In this document: piece after piece, positions 60,402 to 64,000 of the stretch
How the letters are laid out: each line of letters starts with the position of its first letter
How positions within the stretch are numbered: the stretch's first letter is position 1
Source of the DNA: Bacillota bacterium
Lineage (GTDB): Bacteria; Bacillota; Sulfobacillia; Sulfobacillales; JAIMBI01
Length of the DNA: 64,000 bases
Reading direction: 5' to 3'
Assembly: GCA_021846505.1 (NCBI GenBank)
Contig: JAJZWV010000008.1
Coordinates: forward strand, 11,276-75,275
The notes under the pieces: model-generated
Database searches by the model: none
Told to the model about the DNA's origin: nothing
Seen by the model: the letters and a program-made list of their open reading frames with translations, nothing else
Translations under genes and position numbers: made by a program

Positions 60402-60695
60402 ATGTTGAACGCGCTGCACACCCTATTTTTCGCCGAGCCGTATTGGCTGCACGACAGCGCGATAGGGATTGGCGGCATACTGTGGCTCTACTGGGGCTGG
60501 CGCCAAGGGCGCACGTGGCCACTCTGGCAGCAGGTGGCCTATGTCGCGGGGGCGGCGCTGCTGGCTCACTACGAGACGGCGGCCGGAATGGCATGGTACT
60601 GGGGAGCGGCGGGATTTGGCCTGCTGCTCCTGGCTCTGAGCGCTTCCAGGCGCCGCCCGTTGGATGGCGTGTCCGGGGATGCCCGCCAACCCTAA
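60402..60695 (+). CDS. Small hypothetical membrane protein
   Basis: 97 aa with three hydrophobic segments. ATG 60402 lies 7-8 nt after GGAAGGAG. No family recognised. Confidence 0.45.
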   Translation: MLNALHTLFFAEPYWLHDSAIGIGGILWLYWGWRQGRTWPLWQQVAYVAGAALLAHYETAAGMAWYWGAAGFGLLLLALSASRRRPLDGVSGDARQP

Positions 60696-60721
60696 TGGCG
60701 GCGCCGCTCCGGCCGGCATAG

Positions 60722-60765
60722 CTAAGCTACGGCCCCTCCCAGCGGCGGGAAGGGCCGTAGCTTAG
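60722..60765. terminator. Long GC-rich hairpin between convergent genes
   Basis: CTAAGCTACGGCCC-C-TCCC / GGGA-A-GGGCCGTAGCTTAG: 18 bp with a single mismatch and a 6-nt loop. No U-tract. Confidence 0.45.
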
Positions 60766-60775
60766 ACGCGCCGTG

Positions 60776-61660
60776 TCAGCCGGCGACGGCGAGCTTTCTT
60801 ATCAACCCTTTGGTGTCGATGATGTGCCGCGCCAGGCCCAGGCGCTCCGGTGCAATGCCAATGGCTAGGCCGATGGCTTGCGGCAGATGCAAAATGGGCA
60901 TGGAGTCTTGGGTGCTCGCAGTGGGGGTGTCGGGCTGCTGCCCATCGAGATTTAGGTGGCAGAGCGGGCAGGGCGTGACCAGTGCGTCCGCGGAAACGTC
61001 CCGGGCTTCGTCCAAGCGCTTCCCGGTGAGAGCCAGCGAGCTCTTCCGGTTCGTTTCCAGCAGCGGGAACCCGCAGCACTTGTCCTTGCCGCGGTACTCC
61101 TCCACCGGGTCGGCGCCCAAGGTGGCTATGACTTGCTCCAAGTAGCCCTCGCGGCCTGCCGTCAAGGGGTCCACGGCCTTGGACGGTCGCACGATGTAGC
61201 AGCCATAGAAGGGGGCCAGGCGCACTCCACTTAAGGGGCGCACCACCAGGTCCTTCAGCCGGTCCAAGCCGTAGTCTTCCACCAGCGCCCACAGCAGGTG
61301 CTTGACCTCGGTGGTGCCGCGGTACTCAAGGCCCTCATCCGACAAGTACTGATTCACCTCGGCACGGTAGTCCGCATCATGGTTGACGCGGCTCGCTACC
61401 TGGGCCATCACCCCTGTGCACGTGCTGCAGATGGTCATGATGGGATGGCCCAGCTGCTCCGCCATGGCAAACGTGCGGGTGTTGACCACGTCGCCCGCCA
61501 GGGGATCCCGCTCGGAAATCACGCCCGCTCCGGTGCAGGCGGCGCCGGTCAGCTCACTCAGGGAGAAGCCCAGCTTCTCCCCCACGGCCACCATGGACTG
61601 ATAAAGCTCGGGCGCGCCGCCTTTGGCCACGCAGCCGGGATAGAATGCGTACGTTGTCAT
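60776..61660 (-). CDS. HdrB-like CCG-domain subunit of succinate dehydrogenase/fumarate reductase (type-E SdhE/SdhC-like)
   Basis: Two cysteine-rich CCG-type domains (YPGC...CTGAG...CSTC, and KCCGFP...TPCPLCH). Overlaps the sdhB stop by 4 nt. Confidence 0.75.
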   Translation of the reverse strand: MTTYAFYPGCVAKGGAPELYQSMVAVGEKLGFSLSELTGAACTGAGVISERDPLAGDVVNTRTFAMAEQLGHPIMTICSTCTGVMAQVASRVNHDADYRAEVNQYLSDEGLEYRGTTEVKHLLWALVEDYGLDRLKDLVVRPLSGVRLAPFYGCYIVRPSKAVDPLTAGREGYLEQVIATLGADPVEEYRGKDKCCGFPLLETNRKSSLALTGKRLDEARDVSADALVTPCPLCHLNLDGQQPDTPTASTQDSMPILHLPQAIGLAIGIAPERLGLARHIIDTKGLIRKLAVAG

Positions 61661-62643
61661 ACCCGCGATCCCTCCTGGGCTTGTTGATGCAGCTTGAAGC
61701 GGCGCCGGTGGGTGGACCGGGTGCGCTCGAAGATGCGGCGGATGCGCGCCGCCTCTGGAATGCGATGCGGCACCAAAGGAGGCAGCTTTCCGCGCATTGC
61801 GGACCGGAGCCCCACCTTGGCGTAGCCCGCCAGCTCTCCCATCGAGACGCTCTTCATCAAATACCGACTTTCATCCAAGCGGCCGTAGCGCCCCACCAAA
61901 TCGGCAAAGGCCTTCTGGCGCCGAGCGCCATTGTGCTTTTCGGTCACACCGTCGTCCACCAGCATCTTGCGCATGGCCATGATGCGGTCCATCGGGGCCA
62001 CGTCTTTCGGGCACACCTCGACGCACTGGAAGCAGTGGGTGCAGTCCCACACGCCGCCGGGCCCATTCATCTGCATCAAGCGCTGGGTGTCGGCCGCGTC
62101 GCGGGGGTCCATCACGAAGCGGTACTCCTTGGCAAAGGCCGTGGGGCCTATGAAGAGAGGATTCACCGAGAGCGACTCGCAATCCGAGACGCAGGCGCCG
62201 CACATAATGCAGTTCACTACGCCATCCAGATGCAGCATGCTGTCGGCCGGCACCACATATTCCCGCTCCGGCACCTCGCCCGCGGGCTGCAGGTAGGGGT
62301 CGATGCTATACAGCTTCTTCCAGAACGGCTCAAGGTCCACCACCAAGTCCTTGATGACCGGCATATTGCCCATCGGCTCGACGGTCACCGTGTCCGTGTG
62401 CAGGTCAGACAGCTTGGTTTTGCAGGCGAGGTTGGCGTGCCCGTTGACGCGCATGCCGCACGAGCCGCAGATGTGGCTGCGGCAGGAGCATCGGAGCGAC
62501 AGGGTTTCGTCCACTTCCTCCCGCAGTTGAATCAGGGCATCTAGCAGGGTGAAGTGGTCCGGCACGGCCAGCGCGTATTCTTTCCAATACGGCTCGCCCT
62601 CGGCTTCGGGGTTTTGGCGTCGTACTTTCAGTTGAACGTCCAT
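61657..62643 (-). CDS. sdhB: Succinate dehydrogenase/fumarate reductase iron-sulfur subunit
   Basis: CSCRSHICGSCGMRVNG..LAC (2Fe-2S), CIMCGACVSDC (4Fe-4S), and CTHCFQCVEVCP as the third cluster motif with an extra Cys. About 80-aa C-terminal extension. Confidence 0.9.
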   Translation of the reverse strand: MDVQLKVRRQNPEAEGEPYWKEYALAVPDHFTLLDALIQLREEVDETLSLRCSCRSHICGSCGMRVNGHANLACKTKLSDLHTDTVTVEPMGNMPVIKDLVVDLEPFWKKLYSIDPYLQPAGEVPEREYVVPADSMLHLDGVVNCIMCGACVSDCESLSVNPLFIGPTAFAKEYRFVMDPRDAADTQRLMQMNGPGGVWDCTHCFQCVEVCPKDVAPMDRIMAMRKMLVDDGVTEKHNGARRQKAFADLVGRYGRLDESRYLMKSVSMGELAGYAKVGLRSAMRGKLPPLVPHRIPEAARIRRIFERTRSTHRRRFKLHQQAQEGSRV

Positions 62644-62686
62644 CGGTCGATCGTGCGCCTCCTTTGTGTCCGTCTCGCCGCGCGGG

Positions 62687-64000
62687 TCAGTACGAGCGCA
62701 CCTGAGGCTCCCACCGCGTGATGGTCACGGGCGTGTAGTGAATCTCGGGTCCCTCAGAGGCGTACTGCAGCTGAATGTGCCGCAGCCAGTGCTCGTCGTC
62801 GCGCTCCGGATAGTCGGTGCGGGTATGTGCTCCACGGCTTTCCGTGCGCGTGAGGGCGGTCAGCTGCACGGCGCGCGCCAGGTCTAACATGAACTGGAGC
62901 TCCAGCACCGACGTGAGGTTGGTGTTGAACACGCGCCCCTTGTCGCCCACGTGGACGCGGGTCGCCCGATCTTCGAGGCTGTGGAGCAGGTTACCCATTT
63001 CTGTGAGGCCGGCTTCGTCGCGGAACACGCCGCAGTACTTGACCATGTTGACGCCCATGTCCCAGCGGACCTTCGCCGCCAGCTCCCCCACATACGGGCG
63101 GTCCAGCAGCGCGCGCAGGCGGTCGGTCTCCTGCTGCAGAGCGACTTCGGCCAGGCGCGACCCTTCCGCGGCGCCCGAGCCGGCGGTGCGGCTGCGCGCC
63201 GAAGCGGCGGCCCCCGCCCGGCGGCCAAAAATCACGGTGTCGAGGAGGGAGTTGGCACCGAGGCGATTGCCGCCGTGAATGCTGACGCAGGCGCACTCGC
63301 CGGCCGCGTACAGCCCTTCCAGCGTGGTTTTGCCGTCCACGTCGGTCTTGATGCCGCCCATGGGATAGTGGAAGCCAGGGCGGACCGGCACCGGGCGCTC
63401 CACGATATCGACGCCCGCCAATTCCAGCGCCAGCTCGTGAATTTGCCCCAACTTGCGCATAATGAGGTCTTTGCCCAGGTGGCGGCAGTCCAGCAGCACA
63501 CAGTTGTCAATGCCGCGTCCCTCATTGATTTCGGTTTGCTCCGCCCGCGACACGACGTCGCGGCTGGCGAGCTCCAGCTTGTTGGGCGCGTACGTCTTCA
63601 TGAACCGGTCCCCTTCGGAGTTCAAGAGATAGGCCCCCTCGCCGCGGGCACCTTCCGTCAAAAGGGCCCCGGAGCCCTTGAGGGTGGTGGGGTGGTACTG
63701 CATCATCTCCATGTCCATCAGGCGGGCCCCTGCCCGATACGCGATGGCCATGCCGTCGCCGGTGTTGATGAGGGCATTGGTGGAGGGCTCAAACACGCGG
63801 CCCATACCCCCGGTGGCCAGCACCACCGCGTCGGCCTGAATGGCATGCAGCTGGCCGGAGCGGATGTCCATGCCGACAATGCCCCGGACGACGCCGCCGT
63901 CCTCAATCAAGCTGGTGACAAACCATTCGTTGTACATGCGCACGCCGACGCGCACCAGCTGCTCAAACATGACTTGCAGGAGAGCTTGGCCGGTAATGTC
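62687..64000 (-). CDS. sdhA: Succinate dehydrogenase/fumarate reductase flavoprotein subunit (partial, N-terminus beyond window)
   Basis: GDGMAIAYRAGA, MEMMQYHPT, EGARGEGAYL, FHYPMGG, ESRGAH and the C-terminal helical domain. The reading frame continues to the window edge. Confidence 0.9.
   Translation of the reverse strand, partial: DITGQALLQVMFEQLVRVGVRMYNEWFVTSLIEDGGVVRGIVGMDIRSGQLHAIQADAVVLATGGMGRVFEPSTNALINTGDGMAIAYRAGARLMDMEMMQYHPTTLKGSGALLTEGARGEGAYLLNSEGDRFMKTYAPNKLELASRDVVSRAEQTEINEGRGIDNCVLLDCRHLGKDLIMRKLGQIHELALELAGVDIVERPVPVRPGFHYPMGGIKTDVDGKTTLEGLYAAGECACVSIHGGNRLGANSLLDTVIFGRRAGAAASARSRTAGSGAAEGSRLAEVALQQETDRLRALLDRPYVGELAAKVRWDMGVNMVKYCGVFRDEAGLTEMGNLLHSLEDRATRVHVGDKGRVFNTNLTSVLELQFMLDLARAVQLTALTRTESRGAHTRTDYPERDDEHWLRHIQLQYASEGPEIHYTPVTITRWEPQVRSY

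Overview
High-GC (roughly 68-70%) chromosomal segment from an endospore-forming Bacillota; the species cannot be named from sequence alone. Coding is dense. Gene order follows the Bacillus subtilis ylb/ylq/cod region: rsmD-coaD, ylbL, yceD-rpmF-fapR-plsX-fabH-fabD-fabG-acpP-fabF-rnc, smc-ftsY, ylxM-ffh-rpsP-rimM-trmD-rplS-lepB-rbgA-rnhB, and topA-xerC(codV)-hslV-hslU-codY. The left third holds aroA, nagA, a dnaK-clpB pair and a spore-related block: spoVB-like flippase, PG transglycosylase, gpr, two alpha/beta SASP genes, an MFS transporter and phosphosulfolactate synthase/phosphatase. The right end holds a non-classical sdhA-sdhB-CCG-subunit operon, with sdhA running off the window. I found no tRNA or rRNA genes, CRISPR arrays, transposases or phage blocks, and no convincing novel multi-gene system. 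The best leads are listed here. (1) A ydaO/c-di-AMP-type riboswitch with its own promoter and terminator, placed upstream of a GT4 glycosyltransferase. (2) A roughly 4.3 kb interruption of the rnc-smc linkage, made of about 0.94 kb of gene-less DNA, a zinc-ribbon/repeat-tailed class A PBP, and an HTH protein with a LexA/S24 fold that has lost both catalytic residues. (3) Gene decay: a frameshifted GNAT, a possible vapBC relic, and an oversized hslU-codY spacer. (4) A type-E-like succinate dehydrogenase and a rubrerythrin/CCG-FeS/DUF3501 module. Many long ORFs in the six-frame track are high-GC shadow ORFs and were rejected. Start codons are often GTG or TTG and several are uncertain by tens of bases.
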